Of a stretch of DNA of 64,000 nucleotides, positions 52,692 to 64,000 are shown one piece after another. The position numbers and the translations under genes are program-made. Each line of letters starts with the position of its first letter. Within the stretch, counting starts at the first letter, position 1. The DNA comes from an uncultured Chromatiaceae bacterium (lineage in GTDB: Bacteria; Pseudomonadota; Gammaproteobacteria; Tenderiales; Tenderiaceae), in the NCBI GenBank assembly GCA_945787785.1, contig CALZIO010000001.1, positions 61,169 through 125,168 of the forward strand, in the 5' to 3' direction. Below the pieces are notes generated by a model that had not been told where the DNA came from, searched no databases, and saw nothing but the letters and a program-made list of their open reading frames with translations.

Positions 52692-52698
52692 TCGCTTA

Positions 52699-53226
52699 TC
52701 AATCCTCCAAGTACTTGCTCATTTGTCCTTCAAGCGTGCCCTGGGCTTCCATAATCAACTCACAGATATCACGTGCGGCACCACGGCCGCCGACATTCTG
52801 AGTTTGCCAGTGCGCATGCTGTTTGGTTAGCGTATGCGCATCCTGCACCGCCACTGCCAACCCTACTTTACGCATTACCGGCAGATCAACCACATCATCG
52901 CCAACGTAGGCAACTTCATCTGCGCTAATCCCAAACTGCTCAATCAATTGATTAAAGGCAATTCGTTTATCGAGCTGGCCTTGATAAACATGTTTAACGC
53001 CGAGACCATTCATTCGATGCTCGACAACCGTGGAAGTTCGGCCAGTTATGATGGCAATTTCAACCCCGGTCTGTTGCAACATCTTCATGCCGTGTCCATC
53101 GCGTGAATTGAATTTCTTGTATTCATGGCCATCTTTATCCATGAACAGGCCACCGTCTGTCAGCACACCATCCACATCAAAAATCACCAGTTTAATTCGT
53201 GCCGCTCTCGCTAAGATGTCTTTCAT
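52699..53226 (-). CDS. kdsC: 3-deoxy-D-manno-octulosonate 8-phosphate phosphatase
   Basis: 175 aa HAD hydrolase with the motif VIFDVDGVLTDG. Confidence 0.85.
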   Translation of the reverse strand: MKDILARAARIKLVIFDVDGVLTDGGLFMDKDGHEYKKFNSRDGHGMKMLQQTGVEIAIITGRTSTVVEHRMNGLGVKHVYQGQLDKRIAFNQLIEQFGISADEVAYVGDDVVDLPVMRKVGLAVAVQDAHTLTKQHAHWQTQNVGGRGAARDICELIMEAQGTLEGQMSKYLED

Positions 53227-53240
53227 TTTGACTCCCGCTG

Positions 53241-54281
53241 TTAGACCACCCCGGCCCGCAATAAGTCATGCATATTGAGGGCACCCACCAATAGTTTATT
53301 TTGATCAACTACCAATAAGGCATTAATCTTATACGTTTCCATTAAGTGCAAAGCCTCGGCCGCTAACTCATCAGGCCCAACCGTGCGGCCATTGCGGGTC
53401 ATCAGCTCACCCACCTTGGCGTGATAGATATCCACTCCCTGATCCACCGCGCGGCGCAAATCACCATCGGTAAAAATACCCACCAGCTTGTTTTGCTGAT
53501 CTACTACCGCGGTCGTTCCCAAGCCCTTGCGGCTCATTTCCATCAAGGCATCTACCAATAACACATCATCTTTTACGCTGGGCAACTCATCACCAGTGTG
53601 CATGATGTCGCGAATCAATAACAACAAACGCCGTCCCAGGCGACCCCCAGGGTGAGAGCGGGCAAAATCTTCAGCGGTAAAGCCACGATGTTCCAGCATA
53701 GCAACCGCCAGCGCGTCACCCATTACCAGCGAAACCGTGGTGCTGGAGGTCGGCGCCAGACCCAGGGGACAGGCTTCTTGCTCAACACTGACATCGATAT
53801 GGACATCTGCGGCTTTACCCAAACTGGAATTTACATTGCCAGTCAGTGCGATTAATGGCACGCCGAGGCGTTTGATCAGCGGCAATATAGTAAGAATCTC
53901 TTCCGTCTCTCCGGAATTTGAAAACGCCATGACCACATCTTTGGGCGTAATCATACCCAGATCACCATGACTTGCCTCGCCTGGATGGACAAAAAATGCA
54001 GGGCTGCCGGTACTGGCCAGGGTTGCGGCAATCTTGCTGCCGATATGACCGGATTTACCCATGCCTATCACAACAATGCGGCCCTCGCAGGCGAGCATCA
54101 ATTCACAGGCTTGAATAAAGTCTCCATCAATTCGCGCCTTGAGCGCTTCTACCGCCGCCGCCTCAGTTTCTACAACCGCTGTACCCAATTGCTTGAGTCT
54201 GTCGCGTTTGACCTGATCCAGTATCAGGGCCTGCTGCTTTTGTTTCACGCTGTTTACCTTAGTCTGCTTCAGGGTAGCCAA
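53241..54281 (-). CDS. kdsD: arabinose-5-phosphate isomerase (SIS plus tandem CBS)
   Basis: 346 aa with VVIGMGKSGHIG and FFVHPGEASHGDLGMI. Confidence 0.9.
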   Translation of the reverse strand: MATLKQTKVNSVKQKQQALILDQVKRDRLKQLGTAVVETEAAAVEALKARIDGDFIQACELMLACEGRIVVIGMGKSGHIGSKIAATLASTGSPAFFVHPGEASHGDLGMITPKDVVMAFSNSGETEEILTILPLIKRLGVPLIALTGNVNSSLGKAADVHIDVSVEQEACPLGLAPTSSTTVSLVMGDALAVAMLEHRGFTAEDFARSHPGGRLGRRLLLLIRDIMHTGDELPSVKDDVLLVDALMEMSRKGLGTTAVVDQQNKLVGIFTDGDLRRAVDQGVDIYHAKVGELMTRNGRTVGPDELAAEALHLMETYKINALLVVDQNKLLVGALNMHDLLRAGVV

Positions 54282-54462
54282 GCTCGGACAGTTTGTGGGT
54301 AATACTTGGCCGGTCTAGATCGGCGCCGTTGATTGTCACCGCACCACTATCGACATCAACCTCAATATCATCAATCCCACCAAGCACAGCCAAGCCATTC
54401 TTAATGTTTGCGGCGCAACCATTACATTTAACATTATTCACTTTAATCTCTAGCGATTGCAT
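54259..54462 (-). CDS. heavy-metal-associated (HMA) domain protein, 67 aa
   Basis: The internal ATG at 54462 is preceded by GAGGAGGG. Contains a VKCNGCA (CxxC) motif. Its 3' end overlaps the kdsD start by 23 nt. Confidence 0.5.
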   Translation of the reverse strand: MQSLEIKVNNVKCNGCAANIKNGLAVLGGIDDIEVDVDSGAVTINGADLDRPSITHKLSELGYPEAD

Positions 54463-54475
54463 GAATCCCTCCTCG

Positions 54476-55444
54476 TCAGGCCATGGTTGCAAAATATAGC
54501 AATACCATATAAACAATGTAGGCCGTTAGCAAAACCCCACCCTCAAGGCGATTAATTCTTCCTGGCGCACGAAAACCATAAGACATGACAAACAGGGCCA
54601 GCGTCAGTCCAATCATCCAGGGAAAATCGCGCTCTAATACTTCATGCGAAAAACCACCCGGACTTATTAATCCGGGCAGACTTAACACCCCCAACAAATT
54701 AAACATGCAAGAGCCAATGATATTACCCAAAGCGAGATCAGGTTCATTCTTGAGGGTACTCATCACTGAGGCCATCAGTTCCGGCATGCTGGTGCCGATG
54801 GCGACAATGGTTAGTCCAATGATCAGATCACTCACACCAAAGGCCTGGGCGATGTTGACAGCCCCCCACACCAATACACGTGAGGATGCCAGTAAAATCA
54901 ATAGACCGAAGACTAGCCAGAACATCGCTTTGGCCGTTGACATGACCTCTGGCATCTCATCTTCAAATTCACCTTCGAGCGGATCACCCTTTCGCGACTT
55001 CATACCCAGGCTCATGACCATGTAGATCATCAAGGCCATGCCGAGCATCAACAGGGCACCGTCCAGCCGGCCCAGATTGCCATCATTCATTAACAAAAAG
55101 GCCAATAACGACACTGCCAGCAAGATGGGAATCTCGCGCCGCACAATATCCGACTGCACATTCAACGGAACCACCAAAGCGGTCACCCCTAACACTAGGG
55201 CGATATTGGTGATATTAGAACCCAGTGCATTACCAATTGAGAGGCCGGTATTGCCGTTCCACGCAGCCATTGCCGAAACCAGCATCTCCGGTGCCGAGGT
55301 ACCAAAGCCAACAATGGTCAAACCGATCACCAGAGGTGACACGCCAAAATTACGCGCCGTCGCCGATGCTCCCATAACACATCGATCTGCGCCCCAGGCT
55401 AAAAAAACAAAACCGGTAATAACTGCTACTATGAATTCCAACAT
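54476..55444 (-). CDS. CaCA-family cation/Ca2+ antiporter (YrbG-like)
   Basis: 322 aa with two alpha-repeats (GNALGSNITNIALVLG and GNIIGSCMFNLLGVL). Confidence 0.8.
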   Translation of the reverse strand: MLEFIVAVITGFVFLAWGADRCVMGASATARNFGVSPLVIGLTIVGFGTSAPEMLVSAMAAWNGNTGLSIGNALGSNITNIALVLGVTALVVPLNVQSDIVRREIPILLAVSLLAFLLMNDGNLGRLDGALLMLGMALMIYMVMSLGMKSRKGDPLEGEFEDEMPEVMSTAKAMFWLVFGLLILLASSRVLVWGAVNIAQAFGVSDLIIGLTIVAIGTSMPELMASVMSTLKNEPDLALGNIIGSCMFNLLGVLSLPGLISPGGFSHEVLERDFPWMIGLTLALFVMSYGFRAPGRINRLEGGVLLTAYIVYMVLLYFATMA

Positions 55445-55518
55445 GATGAATGACTCAAGCGGTGACTATCTGCTAGGACCCCTTTGTAATTAGTGTTAAC
55501 AGGCCCTAGGAAGACAAC

Positions 55519-56388
55519 TCAAATGTAATGTCCTAACAGGCCTAAAAAAATAACTGCACCGACCCAGTTATTATTACGGAACGCCCGCATACACTGCATG
55601 GCATCCCGATTCTTAATCAGATGTTGCTGGTAGAGCATAAACAAACCCGCCACCAGTATGGCGACAAAATAGCTTGCCCCCAGATCCAGCTGTTGACCAA
55701 TAATAATCAACACCACCACCATCATCACCTGGATGATACCGATAATGGCACGATCTGCCTCACCAAACAGAATGGCTGTCGACTTAACACCAATCTTTAG
55801 ATCGTCGGGCCGGTCAATCATGGCATACATGGTATCGTAGGCCGTCGCCCACAACACAGTCACTATCAGCAACAACCAGGCAACTACAGGCACTTCACCT
55901 GTCAAGGCGGTAAAGGCCATCGGTACCGACCAGCCAAAAGCCAGGCCGAGATAGACCTGCGGCAGATAGGTCAGACGTTTCATAAAGGGATAGCTGGCCG
56001 CCAGTGCTGCTCCAACGAAGGACATCATCACGGTCAACCAGTTCAGGGTCAGCACCAATGCAAAGGCAGTTAGCGACAATACGACAAATAACACCAATGC
56101 CTCCTTCGGTGTCACCATGCCCACCGCCAGTGGTCGATTGCGGGTACGCTCCACAAACGGATCAAATTCACGATCCGCATAATCATTGATCACGCAACCA
56201 GCCGATCGCATTAAAAACACACCCACCACAAATACCGTGACCACCCACCAGTTGGGATGACCCTCACCAGCAATCCACAAAGCCCACAAAGCCGGCCATA
56301 ACAACAGCATGGTGCCAATCGGCCGATCAAGCCGCATTAGCAAATAATAGCCACGCCAGCGCTGCTGATTTACTGTTTCCACTCTCAA
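55519..56388 (-). CDS. ubiA: 4-hydroxybenzoate octaprenyltransferase
   Basis: 289 aa UbiA prenyltransferase with the Asp-rich motif NDYADREFD. Confidence 0.9.
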   Translation of the reverse strand: MRVETVNQQRWRGYYLLMRLDRPIGTMLLLWPALWALWIAGEGHPNWWVVTVFVVGVFLMRSAGCVINDYADREFDPFVERTRNRPLAVGMVTPKEALVLFVVLSLTAFALVLTLNWLTVMMSFVGAALAASYPFMKRLTYLPQVYLGLAFGWSVPMAFTALTGEVPVVAWLLLIVTVLWATAYDTMYAMIDRPDDLKIGVKSTAILFGEADRAIIGIIQVMMVVVLIIIGQQLDLGASYFVAILVAGLFMLYQQHLIKNRDAMQCMRAFRNNNWVGAVIFLGLLGHYI

Positions 56389-57026
56389 ACCTTATGCTTA
56401 ATTCTAAATCCTACCACTCTGGGAACAGGGGGCAGGAACACTTCATTTACTAATAGCGGTCGGCCGGCGAGACGAAACACTGATCGCCTGCCCCAAATTT
56501 GCCCATGCTGCGTTTCGTCTTCAGGCACACCCCAATGATAAAACAGGTCTCCCGGCTCGACTTTTGCGATTTCCATCGGGCTGCGGACCATCGACTTATC
56601 CCGAAACAACATCTCGCCCAATGGCCTGCCCCCAAGCCGGGCCAGACCGCGTGAGCGGCCTCGCAGTACAGACAACGGCATAACAGTGCGGGCATAAACC
56701 TTAATCTCATCGCCGCAATATAAATGCACCTGCCGCACCAGGGCACTGGCACGGTCAGGCATGCCAAGGGCGCGCCGCTCACAAAACAGTGGCCGTTCAA
56801 ATTGCTGCTTTAACAATCGAACCCTAAATTCGCCACCACCGGCCTGACGCAGACGTTTGGTCAGAGATTCACTGTCAAATAGCCAAACAGCCATCTCATC
56901 CAACAAATCAGCCGGGCGCACGCCATGCCCCATACGCCAGCGTGGCTCAAGTCCCGTTTTACCTGTAGAAAAGCGTTTCAACATCGTGCCTGTATTAAAC
57001 ATCACCATAGCGTTGGCTATCACCAA
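56385..57026 (-). CDS. ubiC: chorismate pyruvate-lyase (start probably internal)
   Basis: Positioned immediately upstream of ubiA. UbiC-like length and fold region. Confidence 0.65.
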   Translation of the reverse strand: MVIANAMVMFNTGTMLKRFSTGKTGLEPRWRMGHGVRPADLLDEMAVWLFDSESLTKRLRQAGGGEFRVRLLKQQFERPLFCERRALGMPDRASALVRQVHLYCGDEIKVYARTVMPLSVLRGRSRGLARLGGRPLGEMLFRDKSMVRSPMEIAKVEPGDLFYHWGVPEDETQHGQIWGRRSVFRLAGRPLLVNEVFLPPVPRVVGFRIKHKV

Positions 57027-59070
57027 GCCAGCGTTGAATCAACGGCGCCACGTTCTGCGGCCAACGCTGCAATAGCGCTGTTGCCAGGCGGGCTACATCA
57101 GGTAACAAGTCCTTATCCCGTTCCAGATCAGCAATGCGCAACCGTAACATCCCACTTTGACGCGTGCCCAATACTTCGCCTGGGCCACGCAGCTCAAGAT
57201 CACGCCGGGCAATTTCAAAACCATCATTGGTTTCCCGCAGGGCCGCCAAACGCAACTTACCCTGCTGCGAAAGGGGCTTATGATACATCAAAACACAACT
57301 GCTACTGATGCTGCCGCGTCCCACCCGGCCACGCAGCTGATGCAGCTGAGCCAGACCAAAACGCTCGGCATTTTCGATGATCATCAGGCTGGCATTGGGC
57401 ACATCCACCCCCACTTCAATCACCGTGGTCGCCACCAGCAAATCAAGCTCGGCTGACTTGAAACGCGCCATCAGCGCCTCTTTTTCAGCAGGTTTAAGAC
57501 GGCCATGCACCAGGCCAATTGCCAGATCCGGCAATGCCTCTGCCAACAAAGCCGCCGTCTCTTCTGCCGCCTGACACTGCAACACCTCCGACTCTTCAAT
57601 CAGGGAACAGACCCAGTAGGCCTGGCGCCCCTCCTGGGCACAGGCGCGATGGACACGCGCCACCACCTCATCACGCCGCTGGTCGGAAATAACCACGGTC
57701 TCGACCGGGGTTCGGCCCGGGGGCAGCTCATCGATCACCGAACTATCGAGATCGGCATAGGCCGTCATCGCCAGGGTTCTCGGGATGGGTGTCGCCGTCA
57801 TAATCAACTGATGCGGCACCCGGCCATCATGACTGCCCTTTTCACGCAACGCTAGGCGCTGGTGCACCCCAAATCGATGTTGCTCATCCACAATCACCAA
57901 GCCGAGCTGATTAAATTCGACCTCATCCTGAAACAAGGCATGGGTACCCACCGCCAGCGCCGCCCCACCACTCTCCAGCAATGCCAGATTTTCGCGCCGC
58001 TGTTTCGCCCCCGACTTGCCGCTAAGCCAGGCAAGCTTCAGCCCGATCGGCTGCAGCCAAGCCGTAAAGTTTTGCAGATGCTGTTCCGCCAACAGCTCGG
58101 TCGGCGCCATTACTGCCACCTGATAACCCGCCTCAATTGCATGCAGCGCGGCGGCGGCTGCCACTGCCGTCTTGCCTGAGCCCACGTCCCCCTGCACCAG
58201 GCGTTGCATGGGGAAGGGCTTGGCAAGATCGGCATCAATCTCCTTGATCACACGCAGCTGGGCAGCGGTCAAGGTAAATGGCAATAGATCTAGCAACTGC
58301 TGCCGCAACCTGCCCTCGGGCTGTAACGGTGGTGCGGTGTGTTGCTGCACCTTGTGTCTTAATTGACGCAAACTAAGGTGATGAGCCAACAACTCCTCCA
58401 GCGCCAAACGCTGTTGGGCCGGATGGTTGCCTGCTAGTAATTCAGCAACTGCTGTTTCAGGGGATGGTTGATGTACTTCTAACAGCGCCTGTTGCAGGCT
58501 TGGCAAACCCAATTCTTCTAACAACTCACCAGGCAAATAATCTTCTACTTTATCCTGCTTCAACAAAGCCAAGGCCTGTTCGGCCAGTTGGCGCAAACTT
58601 TTTTGCGCCACGCCTTCGGTCACCGGATAAACGGGGGTCAGATTTTCGTCAACGGCGACGACAGCCGCTTCGCTGATTTGCCGATACTCCGGGTGCACCA
58701 TCTCCAACATGGCGGGGCCACGCCGAACCTCACCATAACAACGCAGACGCACACCTCGTTGCAACGCAGATTGCTGTTTGGCTGAAAAATGAAAAAAACG
58801 CAGCAGCAGACTGCCGCTGCCATCGCTGATGCGACATAACAGTGAACGACGTTTACCAAACTTGATATCGCTCGCCTCTATCTCGCCTTCGATCACCACT
58901 TCTGCGCCGGGGCGTAGCGAGCCAATCGGCACAATGCGCGTACGATCCTGATATTTGTAAGGCAGGTGAAAAAGAAGATCTTCGACGGAGTGCAGGCCCA
59001 GACGTTCAAGGCGCTCGGCCACACGAGGGCCGACACCCTTAAGATTGGTGAGTGAAACTGCGAGACTCAT
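56995..59070 (-). CDS. recG: ATP-dependent DNA helicase RecG
   Basis: 691 aa with wedge domain and helicase motifs GDVGSGKT and DEQHRFG. Confidence 0.9.
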   Translation of the reverse strand: MSLAVSLTNLKGVGPRVAERLERLGLHSVEDLLFHLPYKYQDRTRIVPIGSLRPGAEVVIEGEIEASDIKFGKRRSLLCRISDGSGSLLLRFFHFSAKQQSALQRGVRLRCYGEVRRGPAMLEMVHPEYRQISEAAVVAVDENLTPVYPVTEGVAQKSLRQLAEQALALLKQDKVEDYLPGELLEELGLPSLQQALLEVHQPSPETAVAELLAGNHPAQQRLALEELLAHHLSLRQLRHKVQQHTAPPLQPEGRLRQQLLDLLPFTLTAAQLRVIKEIDADLAKPFPMQRLVQGDVGSGKTAVAAAAALHAIEAGYQVAVMAPTELLAEQHLQNFTAWLQPIGLKLAWLSGKSGAKQRRENLALLESGGAALAVGTHALFQDEVEFNQLGLVIVDEQHRFGVHQRLALREKGSHDGRVPHQLIMTATPIPRTLAMTAYADLDSSVIDELPPGRTPVETVVISDQRRDEVVARVHRACAQEGRQAYWVCSLIEESEVLQCQAAEETAALLAEALPDLAIGLVHGRLKPAEKEALMARFKSAELDLLVATTVIEVGVDVPNASLMIIENAERFGLAQLHQLRGRVGRGSISSSCVLMYHKPLSQQGKLRLAALRETNDGFEIARRDLELRGPGEVLGTRQSGMLRLRIADLERDKDLLPDVARLATALLQRWPQNVAPLIQRWLGDSQRYGDV

Positions 59071-59132
59071 TGATAGCTACGTAACCAGATCGCTCATGTT
59101 GAGAACAATCTGTTGTGGATGATGCTGTTGAA

Positions 59133-59519
59133 TCAGCCATCCAGCTCCAGAATTGCATCCATTTCCAGCGCCGCAGCTTTAGGTAGTGAGGCCACGCCAA
59201 TTGCGGCACGCGCCGGATAAGGTTGCTGAAAATAATCCGCCATGACCTGATTCACCAAGGCAAAGTGACCCAGGTCCGTAAGAAAAATATTCAGCTTGGC
59301 GATATCCTGCAAGCTGCCGCCTGCGGCTTCGGCCACTGCCAGCAGATTATCAAAGACACGGCGAATCTGGGCCTCCATATCGCCTTCGACCAGCTCCATG
59401 GTTTCCGGAATCAGCGGGATTTGCCCTGACAGGTAAACCGTCGTACCGACTTTCACAGCCTGCGAATACGTACCAATCGCTTTTGGTGCCTTGTCAGTTT
59501 GAATGATTTCGCGCCCCAT
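59133..59519 (-). CDS. ridA: RidA/YjgF-family reactive intermediate deaminase
   Basis: The start at ATG 59519 (AGGGAG RBS) gives 128 aa beginning [22 protein letters not shown]. Confidence 0.85.
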   Translation of the reverse strand: MGREIIQTDKAPKAIGTYSQAVKVGTTVYLSGQIPLIPETMELVEGDMEAQIRRVFDNLLAVAEAAGGSLQDIAKLNIFLTDLGHFALVNQVMADYFQQPYPARAAIGVASLPKAAALEMDAILELDG

Positions 59520-59559
59520 GAAACTCCCTCTCTCTGTATTTATATTGATTGTTGTTATT

Positions 59560-61791
59560 CTAGCCGCGTGTACGAACAATTCTAAGCACAGGATCAATAC
59601 CTCTAATCTTGCGCATCAGGTTGGCCAGATGCTGGCGGCTATGCACCTCGATCACCATGGTCATACTGCTGTGGCGGCCATCGCGTTCTTCCATGTTGAC
59701 GTTGTCGATGTTGCCACCCATCTCGGCGATTGCCGCGGCAACTGTGGCCAGCACACCGCGCTGGTTCATTACCTCAACCCGCACTTCCACCGCGAAATCA
59801 CCCTTGACCCCTTCTTCCCATTGGGTCTCGATCCATTTTTCCGGCAGCTTACGATATTCGGCCACATTTTTACACGTCTCGGTATGGATAACGATGCCAC
59901 GGCCCGAGGTAACAAATCCGACAATCGGATCCCCCGGAATTGGCCGGCAACACTTGGCAAAATTGACCACCATGCCTTCAGTGCCCTTAATCATGAGCGG
60001 ACGTGTAGTATCGGTTTTCTCACCCCACAACCACGACGGCATGTAGCGACTGAGTCGTTTTTTCAGGCCGCGTTTTTGCTGCGGAGTAGTAACATCTTCA
60101 TCTTTGGGCATTAGTCGTCGCGCCACCAAGACTGCCATACGATTACCCAAACCGATTTCTTCCATCAAATGATCTGTCGATTCGATTTTGAGCTCTGCTA
60201 ACAACTCGTTCACCAATTCGACAGGCAGCTTATTAAATGTGGCAGAATAGGTCGCCAACTCATTGTCCAGCAAACGCTGACCCAGTTCCACGGCCTCATC
60301 CCGACGCAGATTCTTAAGATAGTTGCGGATGTTGGCGCGCGCCTTACCCGTCACGACAAAATTAAGCCAGGCTGGGTTGGGGCTGGCATTTCCCGCAGTG
60401 ACTACCTCGACGGTCTGACCATTCATTAGTGGCGTACGCAGCGGCGCCAGTTTACGATCGATCTTGGCGGCGACACAGCGATTGCCCACATCCGTATGTA
60501 CCGCATAGGCAAAATCCACTGGTGTGGCACCGCGCTTGAGTACCATGATTTCACCCTTTGGAGTGAACACATAAACTTCGCGCGGAAACAGATCAATCTT
60601 GACGTTTTCCAGAAACTCGAGGGAATCACCGGCATTCTGCTGCATCTCCAGCACACTGCGCATCCACTCGCGCACACGGGCATGCGTGCCGTAACCGGAC
60701 TCATCCCCTGTCTTGTAAAGCCAATGGGCTGCCACCCCAGCTTCGGCCACTTTTTCCATCTCCGCGGTGCGAATCTGCACCTCGACTGGCACGCCAAAGG
60801 GGCCAAACAAGACCGTATGCAAGGACTGATAACCGTTGGCCTTGGGGATGGCAATGTAATCCTTGAACTTGCCCGGCACCGGCTTGTATAGATTGTGTAT
60901 GGCACCTAAAACGCGATAGCACATATCCACGGAATCCACGATGATGCGGAAGGCATAGACGTCATAGACCTCGGCAAACGGCAGGCCCTTGCGGCGCATT
61001 TTCTGATAGATACTATAGATATGTTTTTCCCGGCCAGTGACCCGGCCAGAGAGTCCTTCCTGTTCCAGACGCTCAGCGATACCAGACTCGATCTTCTCAA
61101 CGATCTCGCGCCGGTTTCCGCGGGCCCTTTTAATCGCATCCACCAAAATACGATGCCGTTCCGGATAGAGGGCTGCAAAACCATGGTCTTCCAGCTCCAG
61201 GCGCATGGAATTCAAACCGAGGCGGCTGGCAATCGGCACATAGATGTCCAGCGTTTCTCTGGCAATGCGGCGCCGCTTATCCGGGCGCATAAAACCGAGG
61301 GTGCGCATGTTATGCAACCGGTCGGTAAGCTTGATCAACATGACACGAATATCACGCACCATCGCCATCAGCATCTTGCGCATGCTCTCCGCTTCCGCTT
61401 CGGCTTTGGACTCGAAATTTATTTTGGTTAGTTTGGTAACACCATCAACCAGCGCGGCCACTTCTTCACCAAAGACCGAGATAATCTCCTCCTTGGCGAC
61501 TGGCGTGTCTTCAATGACATCATGCAGGATAGCTGCAATGATGGTTTCAGTATCGAAACGCATTTCGGCCATGAGCGTAGCGACGGCCAGTGGGTGAGTG
61601 ATGTAAGGCTCGCCGGATTTACGTTTTTGTTCTTTGTGGGATTCCGCCCCAAATAAAAAAGCCCGGTGGATCATTTCGATCTTACCGGGCTCCAGATATT
61701 TCTCGATTTCGTTGCGGAGCCCGTCAAACATGGGCTCCAGGCTTTCGTGCGTGGAGACTAGATTCTTTTCAGCGGACTCACTTGTACTCAA
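59560..61791 (-). CDS. spoT: bifunctional (p)ppGpp synthetase/hydrolase
   Basis: 743 aa with an intact HD hydrolase motif (HDVIEDT), a synthetase domain, and TGS/ACT C-terminal domains. Follows rpoZ. Confidence 0.9.
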   Translation of the reverse strand: MSTSESAEKNLVSTHESLEPMFDGLRNEIEKYLEPGKIEMIHRAFLFGAESHKEQKRKSGEPYITHPLAVATLMAEMRFDTETIIAAILHDVIEDTPVAKEEIISVFGEEVAALVDGVTKLTKINFESKAEAEAESMRKMLMAMVRDIRVMLIKLTDRLHNMRTLGFMRPDKRRRIARETLDIYVPIASRLGLNSMRLELEDHGFAALYPERHRILVDAIKRARGNRREIVEKIESGIAERLEQEGLSGRVTGREKHIYSIYQKMRRKGLPFAEVYDVYAFRIIVDSVDMCYRVLGAIHNLYKPVPGKFKDYIAIPKANGYQSLHTVLFGPFGVPVEVQIRTAEMEKVAEAGVAAHWLYKTGDESGYGTHARVREWMRSVLEMQQNAGDSLEFLENVKIDLFPREVYVFTPKGEIMVLKRGATPVDFAYAVHTDVGNRCVAAKIDRKLAPLRTPLMNGQTVEVVTAGNASPNPAWLNFVVTGKARANIRNYLKNLRRDEAVELGQRLLDNELATYSATFNKLPVELVNELLAELKIESTDHLMEEIGLGNRMAVLVARRLMPKDEDVTTPQQKRGLKKRLSRYMPSWLWGEKTDTTRPLMIKGTEGMVVNFAKCCRPIPGDPIVGFVTSGRGIVIHTETCKNVAEYRKLPEKWIETQWEEGVKGDFAVEVRVEVMNQRGVLATVAAAIAEMGGNIDNVNMEERDGRHSSMTMVIEVHSRQHLANLMRKIRGIDPVLRIVRTRG

Positions 61792-61808
61792 AAGCAGGTC
61801 TCCTGAAC

Positions 61809-62102
61809 TCAGACCTTGTTGCCACCCTCCTCAACAACCTGAGTTGTCTCGGCTAGTATCTCTGCATCAGCGACGATAGCATCTTCATCAATTTCTTCTT
61901 CGACTGGCTCTTCCAGTATTTCAGGAGTGATCAGATTTTCGGCAATCTCACGTAATGCAAGCACTGTCGGCTTGTCATTTTCACGCGCTACCAATGGCTC
62001 TTTGCCATTGGCCAATTGGCGCGCACGCTTGGTGGCCACCATTACCAATTCAAAACGGTTATCTACATTTTCCAGACAATCTTCAACGGTCACACGTGCC
62101 AT
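61809..62102 (-). CDS. rpoZ: RNA polymerase omega subunit
   Basis: 97 aa beginning [20 protein letters not shown]. Confidence 0.9.
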   Translation of the reverse strand: MARVTVEDCLENVDNRFELVMVATKRARQLANGKEPLVARENDKPTVLALREIAENLITPEILEEPVEEEIDEDAIVADAEILAETTQVVEEGGNKV

Positions 62103-62172
62103 GCTGATTCACTCCGTAAGCAACTCAAATTATTCAAAAGAACTTGGCATTATACACAAAAACCTTGCCTGA

Positions 62173-62814
<642 letters not shown>

Positions 62815-62824
62815 CTACCTTTCT

Positions 62825-63691
62825 TTATTCGATGTTTTGGACCTGTTCACGCATCTGCTCAATCAACACCTTGAGATCGACCGATACCCGGGTAAGTTCA
62901 GAATCACTCGATTTTGATGCCAGGGTGTTCGCTTCGCGGTTCAGCTCCTGCATCAGAAAATCGAGCCGGCGTCCCACCGGTTCGTCGCGCTCAAGGATAT
63001 GCCGCACCTCCTGCACATGACCCGTCAGGCGGTCGACCTCTTCATCCACATCCATCTTATACGCCAATAAGGCAACTTCCTGGTCAAGCCGCCCCGGTTC
63101 GAGTTCTTCTCGCAATTCGCCCAGGCGAGTCTCCAGCTTTAACCGTAGCGCCAGGCGCAAGTCGGGCAGACTCTCACGCACTTGCTCCATAATTTCATCA
63201 ATTGCGTCACAACGTTGCACGATCATCGCTTTTAGTTTTTCCCCTTCACGGGCGCGACTATCGATCATATCGTCGAGCGTCTCATCGAGAAGAGCCATGG
63301 CTGCCGCATACAGCGGCTCCTGATCCGGCTCTTGCTGCTGCATCACGCCTGGCCAGCGCAGCAAATCCAACATATTAATAGGGGCAGAATTTCCCACATG
63401 AATGGTCGCCTCATGCACGGCACTGGCCAAACGTTTGACCGCTTCGTGATCTATGGCAATTTCACGTTCCTGGTCCGCCGCCGGTTGAAAACGCAAGCCA
63501 CAGTCCACTTTGCCGCGCTTGAGTCGCTCGCCAACCCGTTCACGCACCTTCAGCTCGAGCGCGCGCAGGTCATCTGGCATGCGTAGGCTCACATCGAGAT
63601 AGCGATGGTTAACTGAGCGTAACTCCCAGCGCAGATTGCCGAAGCTGGTGTCTTGCTCACGCCGGGCGAATGAAGTCATACTTAGAATCAT
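62825..63691 (-). CDS. yicC: YicC-family stress-induced protein
   Basis: 288 aa with YicC N- and C-terminal helical domains. In the conserved position upstream of gmk. Confidence 0.8.
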   Translation of the reverse strand: MILSMTSFARREQDTSFGNLRWELRSVNHRYLDVSLRMPDDLRALELKVRERVGERLKRGKVDCGLRFQPAADQEREIAIDHEAVKRLASAVHEATIHVGNSAPINMLDLLRWPGVMQQQEPDQEPLYAAAMALLDETLDDMIDSRAREGEKLKAMIVQRCDAIDEIMEQVRESLPDLRLALRLKLETRLGELREELEPGRLDQEVALLAYKMDVDEEVDRLTGHVQEVRHILERDEPVGRRLDFLMQELNREANTLASKSSDSELTRVSVDLKVLIEQMREQVQNIE

Positions 63692-63920
63692 GATGAACTC
63701 CTAGTCTGAATTTATCGAGCTATAGTAACCGGGATGGGGCATACACAAAAGCAGTGCTGCAATGCTGATGTTAATTCCCCATCAAATAAGTTATGTTGAT
63801 GAGATATAACAACTATGCGAACCTTTGCGAGCAAGACCTACCCGGCAATCGAGTCACTGCGTAGAAATGGATACTCTGCCTGGCCGGTCAGCGAGCACTC
63901 ATAACACCTCATTATTTCAC

Positions 63921-64000
63921 GAGAAGTTTCATGGCAACAAAAGACAAACAAGATACATGCCCCCACTGTGGAAGCACTGACACAAGGCCCTCGCGAATTC
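63921..64000 (+). CDS. 5' end of an ORF encoding a CxxC-containing protein (truncated by window end)
   Basis: MATKDKQDTCPHCGSTDTRPSRI. Runs off the window. Confidence 0.2.

Noticed and set aside
59503-60114. Plus-strand ORFs 59503..60114 and 59609..60046
   Set aside because: They are antisense within spoT.

Overview
This 64-kb window looks like a chromosomal segment of a gammaproteobacterium of roughly 50% GC; the core gene order resembles Pseudomonas-type synteny. I found no rRNA, tRNA, CRISPR array, transposase or integrase. Housekeeping blocks run as follows. (1) bioF (3' part only) with bioH, bioC and bioD on the plus strand. (2) rpoH, ftsX, ftsE and ftsY on the minus strand. (3) A pair of M16 peptidases, then rsmD, coaD, a YfhL-type ferredoxin and ggt. 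(4) mutM. (5) A GldA/GldF/GldG-type ABC system with a DUF4340-like protein. (6) A lone hydantoinase-A-like gene. (7) An EAL-HDOD protein. (8) mgtE. (9) ptsI, ptsH, EIIA(Man), rapZ, a short hprK, ptsN, rpoN, lptB, lptA, lptC, kdsC and kdsD. (10) An HMA-domain protein and a CaCA antiporter. (11) ubiA, ubiC, recG, ridA, spoT, rpoZ, gmk and yicC. The most unusual part lies between about 16.1 and 33.2 kb, a respiratory accessory region. It holds a ccoG locus (cbb3 accessory ferredoxin protein) and a divergent cbb3-like (C-family) heme-copper oxidase cluster. That cluster has a complete CcoN-like subunit I and a CcoO-like monoheme subunit with a large insertion, but no CcoP diheme subunit. Around it sit two membrane proteins carrying only the N-terminal FixP_N-type domain of CcoP, and two 4-TM mini proteins homologous to the C-terminal HxH heme-ligand helices of CcoN. 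There are also three membrane-anchored monoheme cytochromes c (two NorC-like), a diheme cytochrome c4, a TlpA-like thioredoxin lipoprotein, a protein of the formylglycine-generating enzyme (FGE)-sulfatase family, and many small membrane proteins in tightly overlapping operons. Other points of note are a voltage-gated (NaChBac-type) channel gene with an EDW-type selectivity filter in an AT-rich islet, and a structured 245-bp inverted-repeat element inserted exactly between ptsH and ptsI.
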